From contig JAQFVV010000010.1 in the NCBI GenBank assembly GCA_028023455.1, positions 2,356,001 to 2,420,000 of the forward strand: a stretch of DNA of 64,000 nt. Reading direction: 5' to 3'. Source of the DNA: Epiperipatus broadwayi. Lineage: Eukaryota > Animalia > Onychophora. Position numbers and translations under genes: made by a program. Shown piece after piece: positions 48,067 to 61,200 of the stretch (the stretch's first letter is position 1; every line of letters starts with the position of its first letter). Under the pieces are notes generated by a model. The model was given only the letters and a program-made list of their open reading frames with translations, did not search any database and had not been told where the DNA came from.

Positions 48067-48798
48067 TTAAAATATCATCATCTCAAATCTTCAGGAAAAC
48101 ATAATAGGACTTTTGTTTAGAAAACATCCATTTATAGTGATAATTAGGATATAAATACATCAGAAAGAACAATTACAACAGTCTAGTGCAATCTACTTTA
48201 GTCTATTCTAAGCCTTAACTCAAGAAGCCATGCTGCAATGATCCCATGAAGAGAAAATAAATTGCTGATTAAAAGTTTTCTATCATAGTTTGAATCACTA
48301 TGTTTTGATGATGTTAAAAGTACTTTTGACAGTAAGATCCAGCACAGAAATTATGACACAGGTCAGCAAAAGATTATGTAATATGTGTGACTGTAATACA
48401 ACTATCACACTGATCAAAACTCCCATACAATCAGATCCAGAGACTAATGCAGAAATGTGCTAAGATCCAGCCATCACTCATGCCATGGGGAAAGAAGTTG
48501 ATTGTGCTGCAAGATCTACCAGACCAGTTGAACATTATCAATGACCAAAAAGGATAACTATCATTCTGGATGAACTAATCAGAACTTAGTTATAAAAGAA
48601 CAATATTTGCAAAAACCATGGTTTCAAACTTTAATTTTGGTAAGATTTTATCGATATAATTATTATTATATAATTATTGTAAGGCCTCAAGTTTTAAATA
48701 TCTTTAATAATAATTATTTTTATTATCATTATTATTTTGTACATTATACTTAATAATAGTTGCAAAATATAAACAACAATTTTATATATTGTTAATAA

Positions 48799-49038
<240 letters not shown>

Positions 49039-52000
49039 CAAATTTAGTTTGTTTTTGTTTATTGAACTTTCTCCAAGTACAATGATATTAACATCCATTA
49101 TGCTATTAATATTGACAACTCTGAGAAATCATGCAAAGTACTGGGGGGCATTTAGGGATAATGGTAATAATTTATTAATGATAATGATCAGGTGTTAATA
49201 AGTTGTAACTTTCTGTATAGAGAGTTTGACAGAGTAATTGTACTTAGTTTAATCGTCAGTGCTAAATCATCATCATCATCACAAATGTTTTGTGATTGGT
49301 TTTGTGTATACTTAAATTTAACCATTTTTATTTGAATGTATATTAACCATTAATAATAAATATAAATATTTATCAATCTAACCCCTCATTATCGATAATT
49401 AATTATTCTCCTAATTGTAATGAACAAAAGTAATTCAATAACAAAAGGTTTTGCAACAATTCAACTAATTGAGTAAACAGACTATCTTATTTTAGTGATC
49501 TCAGTTATAATCTTTGTACAAGCACCTTAGGTCTTTTAACAAAATGAATAGTTAAAAGCGTTGATTTTATCTTTAGTTGTTATTATTCATTACTGTAGCT
49601 AACTAAAATTAATGTAGCTAATTAAGAAATCATTACTTATTGACTTGAAAGGCCAAGCATGTTTATAATTAATTTACATATGAGGTCATCAAAGTGTATA
49701 TAACAGCACATTATAATAATAGAAGCTTAACAGCAATTTGTTAAAATTACACTATTTTTGTATTGTGTGCACATACTACTGTAGCAGCATTCCAGGAATT
49801 TGCAATAAACATTTGACTCTGAGAATTATACTGAATAATATTTTCTTTTTTGAAGCAGCAGTCTGTTTACAGCATTCATATGTATTTGTGGAATTTTTCC
49901 CTAACTTCATCAAGTTATTAAATATTTTTTATTGTATACATATATTTTTTTGTTAACTAAAATAACATCTTAGTTATAATTATACATTATACTATTTGCA
50001 TTATCTAATATTAATTGTTAAATGTTTTTATAAAAATTCAAATTTTATTTAAATTTTCCAAATACATTTAACTGATAATAATAGTACACAAGTTATAATA
50101 CATTTTGAGTGGTATTATTCTCCTTTCCTCTTCAAATAAACATAAATGGCATACAGTGCTTATAATAAAAATAAGAGGGGGGGGGGACCAGAAATGTCTT
50201 TGATTATTATTTTTTAAAATATTTCTTAATTTATGGTAATATTCACGTTTTTTTAATTTCTGTTTAATTTGAATTAACAGTCTTAATAAAATAATTAGTA
50301 AAATGTAGCTACGTTCATAAAAATTAAAAGATATTGTGATTAAATAATTCATGGCTCATTCTGAATAATGGTAATAACATGTTCCTTGTCTTGTATTAAA
50401 CATTTCACATAACAATAGTATAGTGAAACAACAATATACACTTGATATATACTACTTCAATTAAATGCTTTCTAAACAAAAAATTTAAATGAATAAAGAA
50501 ATATACAAAAAGTAAAAACAGCAAAATTCATAAATTTAATATAATTTATAATATGGTAGCAACCATTTTTCTGTCTCAGAATGACATATGCAATTATGTT
50601 TTTTAATAACATTTCTTCAGCTTACATTGAAAGCATGTACAGTACAGTTTATTCTTCATTTTATTATCCTTTCTAAATTTGATGTGTACAGTATTTTACA
50701 TAATAAAATATTTTTAAAGCATAAAACTAAAAGTTTTATGAAATTTAATAAAATTCATAAAATATCTTTTTTAAGTGATAAAATAAGTTATAGATGTAGT
50801 AGAAAAAAAAAAAGAATTGTAAATCATTCTTACATTGCATTGGAAAGCTTAAAATTTGAAGAGGTTAACCAAGAATTTGAAATTGATAACAGCAAGTAGA
50901 GGTGATTGTATAGATGCCAAACTTGATATGGATTTAAAAACAAAATACATGCAGTCTGCTGCTAATGAAATTGCTAAAAAAGTTATTGAAGAAAAGGAAC
51001 ATAAAGCACATTTAATTGTAATGAAAATCTGATAATTTGCTATTAATTTTATTAAAAAAAAATAATGATAGGATGTAATAAGTTTATTACTTTTATTTTT
51101 TGAATGAATGCAAATGAGTGAAGATACCATATACTTTTTCATGATCTCTACTGCCATGTAATATTTTAGTCAATACACATGCAGTTAATATATATGCAAA
51201 TGTGTTCTCTCAATTTACTACTAATAATCATATTATTTTTTAAAAATTTTGTTTATACTGTAATTTTAATTTATATATGCATACTATATACACAGAAGTC
51301 TCTTTGTTATAAATATATGTACATTATTAAAAAGTACTGCATACCTGCTGTTCAATAAAAAGTACATATTCTATAGTAGTTACAGATTATCAATAAAATG
51401 TATATGAGGGGAATTAAACTAAATTATAGAAGATATCATAGCTCACTGCATTCTTTTAATGACAAGTCTGTCTCAAACTTGACATAATTGCAAGATGCAA
51501 CTGTAACTACTGAGGTAGTGTGAAATATATAGATATCTAATCTAATTGATTTGCATTTAAAGTCTTAGAGTGATTTAATTTTTAGAATATTGATTTTGAA
51601 TCATATGATAAAAGTAAAAGTTGTCCTCTGAGTGAAAACAGTGATATTTAGTACTATTTACCAGACATAGCCAGAAACTTGTTATAAGAATTTGGGTGAT
51701 CTACCAAGCTGTCCAATATATTATTCATTACAAATATCATGGTGTCTGAAGTTAAAAGTAAAATACCTTTACAGTGTAATTAATATATGATTAAGTCCAG
51801 GAATCATTATTAATGTTTATGTGTAAATTATATGTAGATATTTATTCAAAAGTTTTCAAATAATTTTATATGACCATTATAATTGATTTTTATTTTTTAC
51901 AAACATATAAATATATTTAAGATATTATTGAAATATATGCATTTTTCATATGTATAGAACATGCTTTACATTGTTAGAAATTTTTATTCAAATTTTTGTC

Positions 52001-54019
52001 CTATACATTGTAGCACAATAGTAGAAGGATGGACTCACTATAGATTCTCAATTGATTCTCATCTGAATAGACTAAAAAAAAATACAAACATCACTCTTCC
52101 ATCTGGAGTCCATTGATTACTGAAGCTTAAAGCAGATGGCTTTATAATAAGGTGAATGTAACTGCTCTTCACATTGAAAAAACTTAAATTGGTCAATTTA
52201 TTATGATTGCTTAACTCAGTCTTATAATTTAGTACTCAAAAGTCACATGATCTTTTGAAAAATAATACAGTTATTGTCACAGCACATTAGATTACCACAG
52301 TGACATTTCAGAAATGTCATGAAATAAAATGATAAGCAGAATCATAATGATTTTTACAATGGAAATTTTAAAATTAAAACATAAAAAAGTTGAATTCAAT
52401 ACATTTTGCATTAATATAAAAGAGAATATCTTTATTTTGCAAAAAAAAAAAAAAAGCAATAGACTTATGCTTGCAATTTTATGCTATTTATTTATGTTAA
52501 TTAGCCTTTTTGTTATTAAGTTATTAAAAGTACCAAAAAAAAAAAAAAGGAGAGAGAGAGACTAAAATCAGTTAAGAAGAAATGGGAGTGTGTGCTTTTA
52601 ATATTTCATCTAATATTCTGAGTTATATCAAGCTTAAATATTGCATTAAAATTATTATATATAATTTTATTGTAATAATTATTTATCAATTGTGTTATTG
52701 AATATACACATATAATACCTTTGTAAACATTTTATTGAAAGAATTACTTATATCTTAAACTAATTAATATATATTACTTATGATTTATAAAAGAAATGAA
52801 TTATATCCATATAAAATATTTAAAGAAATAGGAATGTTATAAGAAAAAGTAATTGGAACTCACCATGAGCCAACTGTACTATTGTATTTTTTGTTTTGAT
52901 TTAAACTCTTTCAATGTTCATTTGCAATACTTAAATTTATGCACAAAATTTTATAGATCTGTATATATTATGATATTTTTTTCTTTTAATTATAAATAAA
53001 AAAATAAAACGTTTTGTTTGATTAGTATTGTATAAATTTTCTTCAAATTTTCAATAAGTTAATGCATTTTTTAAAAAATAATGTTTCATTTTTTGCATAC
53101 TTAACACTTTTGACTGATTTGCAGTCATTTCTCTTTCCATTTTTAATTTCTCTGATGTAAATGTAGGTGAACCAAAACTGTTGGGATAAATGGAAATAAA
53201 ATATTAAAAGAATGCATTAAATTGTTGAATTAATTTGAAAGATTAGTAGTACAAGATTATTTATATATGTTGCTTATAAGATATATTTCTGTCAATTTGT
53301 CTCTCAGGTAATAAATATTATGAAGAATTACATGAAATTGAAATTATCTGTCTATTTGCTAATAACATTGCTACATTACAAGTGGAATTGTTATGTGCTA
53401 CAAATATTATCTGTTTACAAAAATAACTCAATTAACTTTTATTAAAAATATTTATGCCAAATATTTAAAGATTTAATAACTAAAAAAAACATATTTAGAC
53501 AGTTAAATTCTATTACATATGAATATCTATGTCATAAAATTAGTCAATAGTAATATATGTAAAACTCATTTTTCAAACTAAAAATTAAGCATAAATGAAG
53601 ACTAATATGAGAGATTCTTGAAAATATACAAATAATGATTGAGCTCTATATTTCAGGTAAAAAAATTATTATTAACTCTTATTTATTGCACTAATTAATG
53701 GCTAATAATTAAGAAACAACAATAAATCACAGTCTAAAGATATCTAATAGAAAGATTAGATACATATGTTGATGTTAAAAAGAAGCCTAGTTCACTTTTT
53801 TTAAACAAAATTAAAAAAATAAAACAAAAACAGTACATTTAGCTTCTTCATAATGAGATTCCATTCTATATGATCCCTAAAAACTAAATATATGCTTATA
53901 TATTTTAAAATATTTTTTATACTTTATTTTCCTAATACTCAAATAGAAGTTTTTAAAAAAACATCTATACATATGTAAATACATCTATTTATGTTCACTG
54001 CTTGTAACTTAAAATAATT

Positions 54020-54360
54020 TCCAAGTTTCTCCAAGTCTATATTTGAACACCAAGTCATGGATATGGGAGGTGTATGTGATAATTACTCTGCTACAAGAAA
54101 AACTAGTTCTCAAGTCATTGAAATGGCAGGCAGATATTATAACCATAAGACCAAAACAATTTTAATCAAGTGGTGGATATAGTAAGTAGATATGACAACC
54201 ACTCTGCTATGAAGCAAAGTTAGTTTTCCCGGAGTTAAAAGCACAGAAGCAGTTATAATAACTATTGCATTATAAGGTAAAACTAATTTTTCCAAGTCAT
54301 GGATGTGGTACATGAAGTTAATAATCAATGCTATGAGACAAAAATAATTTTCTCCAATTA
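54020..54360. repeat. Degenerate ~60-63 bp tandem repeat (about 5 units)
   Basis: Recurring CAAGTCATGG / CAAGTCATTG / CAAGTGGTGG at ~54051, 54111, 54167, 54293. Confidence 0.55.
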
Positions 54361-55079
54361 TATTATGCTTGCATTTGCAAAAAAAATATATATCATTTAG
54401 TATCCCAAAATTTACTATTATAAATAGATTTCCACTAACTGAAACATGATTCCAAACTGTAATATTATAAAAAAAAAAAAATTTATACAGTGCATAAAAA
54501 ATATTTATAAATATACAAAACTATTAATATAAATAAATAAATTTGAAGAGATGGCAGCTCCAATCACTGAGAGTCATTGTGTAATGCAAATGCAATTTAT
54601 ACTCTTATTTTCCAAGTCATCTATTCTATATTTGACTTCATAATACCTCTCCTATTCTTCAAACCCCCTTACACAGAAGAATAAAAAATTTTACTTTCTT
54701 TGAAAACCAATCACACTATAACCATGTGTTTACCGACCTTAGGCCTCCCAAATATTAGCTTTTTTCTCAAAATAAATGACTGTTTTAAAGTTTAAAAAAC
54801 CTTCATTAACAAACTTAACTAAAAAAAAATTAATCTTGCATACAACTTTTTTTATAAATAGCCTTACACTAACACACATTCAACAAAATAACTTTTTTTA
54901 TATATATATAAAATTTCTATACCTAAAATGGCGAATGAAAACCTTTCAAGCAATTAAACACAACATTTTTCAATCTTTCAAATAACTCACTCTCTTGATC
55001 ACAATTTATAATTTCATAATCAATAATTATTTTTTATAGCGATGCTCTCAGATGATCAATCATATATGCATACAACAAA

Positions 55080-56040
55080 CAGCATAAAAAATATTAAGGA
55101 ATTATGCATGTTCTGTTAGAATGTACAGCATGTGCTGAGGTGTATCACTTGAAATGTTTGAATAAGAATAGGAAGGATATAACAGGTTTCTGGTTATGTA
55201 ATAAATGTGTAAATGTGATAAAAGAGGTGATAAAGTGGTTTCTAAGTGTAGGTAGTCTAGAGAGAAAGTAAGGGGAAAGGGAGCTAAATGTAGTTGAGTA
55301 AGATAGGACAGAGTATGGTTTTAGTGGAGTGTCAGGAAATATGGGTGGAGAAAGTAGTAGTGCAATGAAGATGATTAGTCAGAGAATAAGTAAGATAGAG
55401 GAAGAAGTGAAGGATATAGAAGTAAAATTAAAATTGTTAGAGATGAAGTGTGAGCAGATAAAGGAATTATTGAGTAGGAATCATAAGGAAGAAATGGATA
55501 AGGAGGTCCAGAAGATGGTAGAAAATGTTACAGATGAAGTAGAGAAAGTAGACCATGAGATAGTATTGATAGGAGATTCACTAATTAGAGAGTGTGGGGA
55601 TATAATTGCAAAGGAAAATAGAAGCAGATGTGTAAGAGTGTTTGCCTGGAGCTAGAATTAGGGATGCAACAGATAAAGTAAAAAAGCAAGGTTGTAGAGA
55701 TGTGCATGTTATGGTAGGGACTAATAATTTGTCAGAGCCATCAGAGAGAGTAATGGATGAGTACGTAGAATTGATTAGGAATTTGAGCAAGATTAAAGGA
55801 AAAATAGGGGTAGTTGGATTATTACCAAGATTTGACAAGAGGAATTTATTAGATAGGGCTTGTTCTATAAATGAGAGATTGAAAAAATTGTGTGAGAGAA
55901 ATAATGTTATGTTTGTGGATGTATGAGATTGGCTATTGGAAAGAGGCAGTTATATAGCAAAGATGGATTGCACTTAGGAAAGAAAGGAAGTGAAGTTTTA
56001 GGGAGTCTGACGTTTAAAGAATATAATTCGGGAAACTTTT
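55080..56040 (+). pseudogene. LINE ORF1: PHD finger + coiled coil + SGNH/GDSL esterase, frameshifted
   Basis: CTACAEVYHLKC..WLCNKC at ~55122-55208; IVLIGDSL, PGARI, VGTNN, LLPR and DGLHL (~55962-55976) motifs. Confidence 0.85.
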
Positions 56041-56901
56041 AAAGGGGAGTGGGCTTTTAAATTATAGTATTATCAAAAAGGAGAAGAATGGATGGGATGT
56101 AAAAAATAAGCAAAAGTTAGTTGAATTAGATATAGGTATAGATGTGGAGAGGGAATGGATCTGTAAGATTAACGGTAAGAAAGTTTTTTATAAATGTAAT
56201 GGAGAAGAAAGAATCAAAAGAATGTATAAAAGAGTAGTTAGGAAAGAAGAAATTGTTAAAATTGGGTATTTGAATATGCAAGGTGGTAGGAGACAAGAAA
56301 AGTGACTGGAATTAAACAAAGCAATTGAAAATGAAGAGCTTGAGATATTAGCAGTAGTGGAAACACTTCTAAGAGAAATAGAACATATTTTGGAAGATTT
56401 GGTATGGCAGGATATAAATAGAAAAGAAAAAGGGGTGTTGATATAGGTGTTATATCAAAAAAGTATTTAAATATTATTAAATGTCAAATACATTCATAGT
56501 TTGAAATAAGGTTGGGTAGACAAGAATGTATGGAGGCTGTAGTGTAAATAGCCACTGGAGATAGTCAAACTGTAATGGAGTGGAACAGTAGTATATGTGA
56601 ATGCCTAGTTAAGGATATACAGTTTTTAAAAAAAAGAGAAGAGAATAATGGTCATAGGGAATATGAATGGACATATTGAAAAAATTGATGATGTAGATAA
56701 TAAGAATGGTCAGTTTTTGGAGGAATGTTGTCAAAGAGTGAATTTGAGCATTGGGAATTTATCAAATATTTATGAGGGACAATATTCATGATCTAGTAAA
56801 AATATATTTCACACAAAAAATAATTATAACATACACCAAATCTTTTAAAAACTTGTTTTTTATTTTTTTGCCACCAAAATGAAATATATATTAAAATAGA
56901 T

Positions 56902-56953
56902 TTCCAACGTTTCGACTATTTCTTTATTTTTTTCTATAGTCTTTTTCAAGGAA
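56902..56953 (-). ncRNA. Minimal hammerhead with U3-A8 core variant (family D, intact)
   Basis: UUCC-UUGAAAA-A-GACUAU(16-nt loop)AUAGUC-GAA-ACGU-U|GGAA; stem I UUCC/GGAA; loopless palindromic stem III. Confidence 0.75.
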
Positions 56954-57258
56954 CTAAAAATATATAAAAAGGAGAAGAAAAAAAAAAAAATTCATCAAAA
57001 TTTTTAAAACAAACAAAAATAAAAATCCTGTCACATATACATACTATTTTGGAAAATATATTCTTTACTTACTATGATTTCTTTTCCCAACAGCTTCCAA
57101 CTTTACATTTTGCCTAAATGAACATTTTATTGTTACAAAATATAATTTTTTATTATCTTATCTTCAATTAACACATTTTTACATTCCTTTCTTGTTAAAA
57201 ACAAAAACATTCTATTAAATTTCACAATTTTTTTTTTTCTCTTCTCTTTTCCTTTACA

Positions 57259-57504
57259 TTATAATATTCTATTCAGAACAGGATTTAACATCTTTATGTA
57301 TAAACTTTCCTTTTCAAATCTTTCTTTTTGTTTAATTATACATTCTAAAGGGGTAATCTTAAAATTGACATGACCAAATTTTTCTTTATGTAAATATATT
57401 GCTGAATTTCTATCTGACAAATGTTGTTTTAATCTAGTTTTTAAAAAATTCTTTGTATTACCCACATAAGATATATCTTTACCATTATATTTTAAACAAT
57501 CCAT
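57259..57504 (-). pseudogene. PLE GIY-YIG endonuclease fragment (left arm)
   Basis: DISYVGNTKNFLKTRLKQH..ESLYIKMLNPVLN; frameshifted upstream. Confidence 0.85.
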
Positions 57505-57604
57505 ACATTTTTATACAATAAACAGCTTTGCATTATATTTGAAAAATCAACAAAATCTCCTTTATTAATTAAATTATATAAATTTTGTTGATTTTTCAAA
57601 TATA

Positions 57605-57877
57605 ATGCAAGCTGTTTATTGTATAAAATGTATGGATTGTTTAAAATATAATGGTAAAGATATATCTTATGTGGGTAATACAAAGAATTTTTTAAAAACT
57701 AGATTAAAACAACATTTGTCAGATAGAAATTCAGCAATATATTTACATAAAGAAAAATTTGGTCATGTCAATTTTAAGATTATCCCTTTAGAATGTATAA
57801 TTAAACAAAAAGAAAGATTTGAAAGGGAAAGTTTATACATAAAGATGTTAAATCCTGTTCTGAATAGAATATTATAA
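57605..57877 (+). pseudogene. PLE GIY-YIG endonuclease fragment (right arm), 5' truncated
   Basis: AVYCIKCMDC..SYVGNT...LKTRLKQH..ESLYIKMLNPVLN. Confidence 0.88.
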
Positions 57878-58175
57878 TGTAAAGGAAAAGAGAAGAGAGA
57901 AAAAAAAATTGTGAAATTTAATAGAATGTTTTTGTTTTTAACAAGAAAGGAATGTAAAAATGTGTTAATTGAAGATAAGATAATAAAAAATTATATTTTG
58001 TAACAATAAAATGTTCATTTAGGCAAAATGTAAAGTTGGAAGCTGTTGGGAAAGGAAATCATAGTAAGTAAAGAATATATTTTCCAAAATAGTATGTATA
58101 TGTGACAGGATTTTTATTTTTGTTTGTTTTAAAAATTTTTATGAATTTTTTTTTCTCCTTTTTATATATTTTTAG

Positions 58176-58227
58176 TTCCTTGAAAAAGACTATAGAAAAA
58201 AATAAAGAAATAGTCTAAACGTTGGAA
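58176..58227 (+). ncRNA. Family D hammerhead, G12 mutated (TAAA)
   Basis: Identical to the left-arm motif except CTAAACGTT in place of CGAAACGTT. Confidence 0.7.
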
Positions 58228-61200
58228 ATCTATTTTAATATATATTTCATTTTGGTGGAAAAAAAAATAAAAAACAAGTTTTTAAAAGATTTGGTGTATG
58301 TTATAATTATTTTTTAAAAGTATTTTGATCATTTTTAATAAAGAATCTAAGGTGAGTTTATTTTTATTTATTTTGAATATTTCACACAATAGATTATGTA
58401 TTGGTAGAGAAAGAGGGAATGAATAAAATATAGAAAATTGAGGTGTTTGATAATAAAGAGAGAGAGTATGTAATGGTGATCGTAACTTTATTGTAATAGA
58501 AATGGTTAATAATGTGATGGAAAATAGAAATAAAAGTAGAAACAATAGTGAAAGATGTGGATGGAGAGTGAATGATAAAAATAAGTTGGAAGAGTATAAA
58601 ATACAAGTTGAAGAAGCCATGGATCAGTTGGTTGGAGATGAGTATAAGAACTGGTGTGGTGAAATGGAAAAAGTGGCAAATAGGGGTTTAGTTGAGAATA
58701 TGCAGAAGAATAAAAGTAATAAAAAATGAGAGTTAGTAAAAGTGTAAAAGAGAGGAAAGAAGCATGCAGGGAATATAAGTGTGCTATTAAGAACAAAGAA
58801 AGTGAAAAAGATATTAATGCCAAATGGGAAAAGTACTTAGGAGAGAAGAAGTTGGCAAAATGAACAATTAAAGAGAGAGAGGATGAAGTTGAATAGTAAA
58901 TTGTTGAAGGATATTAATAAAAGTGGAAAAGATGGGAGTAAAAAATTTTGGAATTACATTAAAAGGAGAAATATAGGGGAGAAATAGTATTAATTGATGA
59001 TGAGGGAATAGAGTGTAACTCTAGAGAAGAATTAGAGAGGATCTTAAATAGATATGTAATGAATATAGAAAACATGTTAAATGTGAAGGACTTAGTGATA
59101 GAAAACATGAAGCATTTAGTAATGGGAATATTAGGTTCACAAAAAATGAACTGAATGAGGCAGGAAAGAGATTGAAAAGTGAAAAGGCAAGAGGTTTAGA
59201 TGGATGAGCAGTAGAGAGGGTAATGAATTTAGGGCATAGAACAAAAATAAAATTATTATCATGTTTTAATAAGATGGCACAGAAGATAGTTTTTCTGGGT
59301 AGTTGGAGTAATATAAGAGTAAGATTATTATTTAAAGGAAAGGGTAAATATCATAGAAAGTTAAATAATTATAACTCGATAGCGGTAACAGCAGTTTTAT
59401 ATAAAGTTTTCTCATATATGGTGGTTGGAAGATTTGCAAAATGGATGAAAGGGAATAATGTAGTGGGGGAAATGCAAGAAGGTTTTATATCAGATAGGCA
59501 TATAGGAGATAATTTATTTATAGCTACATAACTTATGGATATGAATAGGAATTCAGATAGAATGTTATATACAAGTTTTATAGATATACAGAAGGCATAT
59601 GATAGAGTAAATAGAAATAGACTATGGGTAAGTTTAGCAAATTTGGAAATGGATGAAGCTTTAGTAAATATTATTGAGAAATTGTATGAAAATAATTACT
59701 ATACTTATCAATTAGGAGATATAAAATCAGTTAAAGTTAAAAATGGGGTGGGACTAAGACAAGGATGACCTATGTCACCTATTTTGTTTTTTTTTTTTGT
59801 ATTTGAGTGAAATGGAGAAAGCATTAGAAATACTAGGAAGAGAGATAAAGATACCATTAATAGATGGCAAGGGAGTATTTACATTATCAGGTCTTTTTTT
59901 TTTCCAGATACTTTTTGTATGCAGAAAGAAGAGAAGATATGGAAGTTATGCTGAATGCAGGATGGATAAGGAGATGGGGAATAAATTTAGTGAAGAAAAA
60001 TCAAATATAATGATGGTTAATACTGGGGAAATGATGTAGAATTTTTATTGGGTGATATAAAGTTAATCCGGAAAATTGCTTGGATGAATGGGAGAAAAAA
60101 TTGGTAAATAAAACAAAGAAAAAAAAGTGTTTGATAAAGAAATTAATAGTGTTTTCATATAATAAATATGATGCAGCTAGAATTGTATGGAAAGGAGTTG
60201 TAGTAACAGGATTAACATATGGTAATGATGCATTATGTGTTAGTAAAGGAGTATTATATTAGAGAAAGTACAAAGGGAAGTACAAAGACATGCATTAGAT
60301 GTAGAGGTGTGGATAGCAAAGAAGGCAATTCAAGGAGAAATGGGATAGTTAAGTTTTTATATGAGAGATGCAAAAACTAAAATGAAAATGTTTGGTAGGT
60401 TGCAGATTATGGATAATAAAAGAATAGCCAAAATAGTGCTTAATTAGGTTATGATTAAAGGGCAGGTAACAAGATGGGTGAGAAAAGTAATGCGGTATGC
60501 AAAAGATTTGGATAAAGAATTTATATCGGTATACTTGTATAAAAGGTGGGATGATTGTGTTAGGAGGATTGTTGAGTGTTATAGTGGTAAGGAATGGGAT
60601 AAAAGAATAGAAGCATTAATAAAAAATAGGGAGTTGGAGAGATGGAGATATAAAGGCCATAGAGTTGACAAAGATTATGTTGTGGAAATGGGATGGAGCA
60701 GATTATGGGAAAGCTTAGGGTGAAGAATGGAAGTGGAAGGTAAAGTGGCTAACAGGTTTCTTTGGGCATAGTTGTCGAGAGATTCCTGACTCCTTTTAAG
60801 GAGAAGTTACAATACATCACATCACATAACATTTTTTTGATTATGGTTATTTACATGAAAAAAATTTGATGCACAATGATTTAATCTGAGATCTCATATT
60901 TATTTTCATTTGATTCAAGATGTACTAACCTATTTATTACATAAAAATTCTAATAATTGATTTATTTTAACATTTTGAATATTGGCTAAGAGATTTTATT
61001 CAGTATATATATGTAATCAATGGCTCAGTGTGCTTTTGACTAATGAAGTCAGATTCATAGCACTCATGGGCTGCAGGATGTGTTACATAATTTATATAGA
61101 ATTCTATTTTATATAAATTGGTAATTTACATATTCCATTTTTTAGATAGTTGAACACTATTTTCTTTTTTATTGATTGCATGGGAATTGTTAGAAATAAA

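Larger units (their letters stand above)
56817..58376. mobile_element. Penelope-like element, family D: near-perfect head-to-head palindrome
   Basis: Arms 56817-57556 and 57582-~58314, 25-nt spacer; 13-bp TSD ATATTTCACACAA (56804-56816, 58377-58389); excision restores LINE frame SSKNIFHTIDYVLV. Confidence 0.93.
56200..60800 (+). mobile_element. LINE ORF2 (APE + RT), RTEX/CR1-like group, decayed, interrupted by the PLE palindrome
   Basis: IGYLNMQG..LAVVET; IMVIGNMNGH; TIDYVLV; QEGFISDR; FIDIQKAYDRV; GLRQG*PMSPILF; AIQGEMG. Confidence 0.88.
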
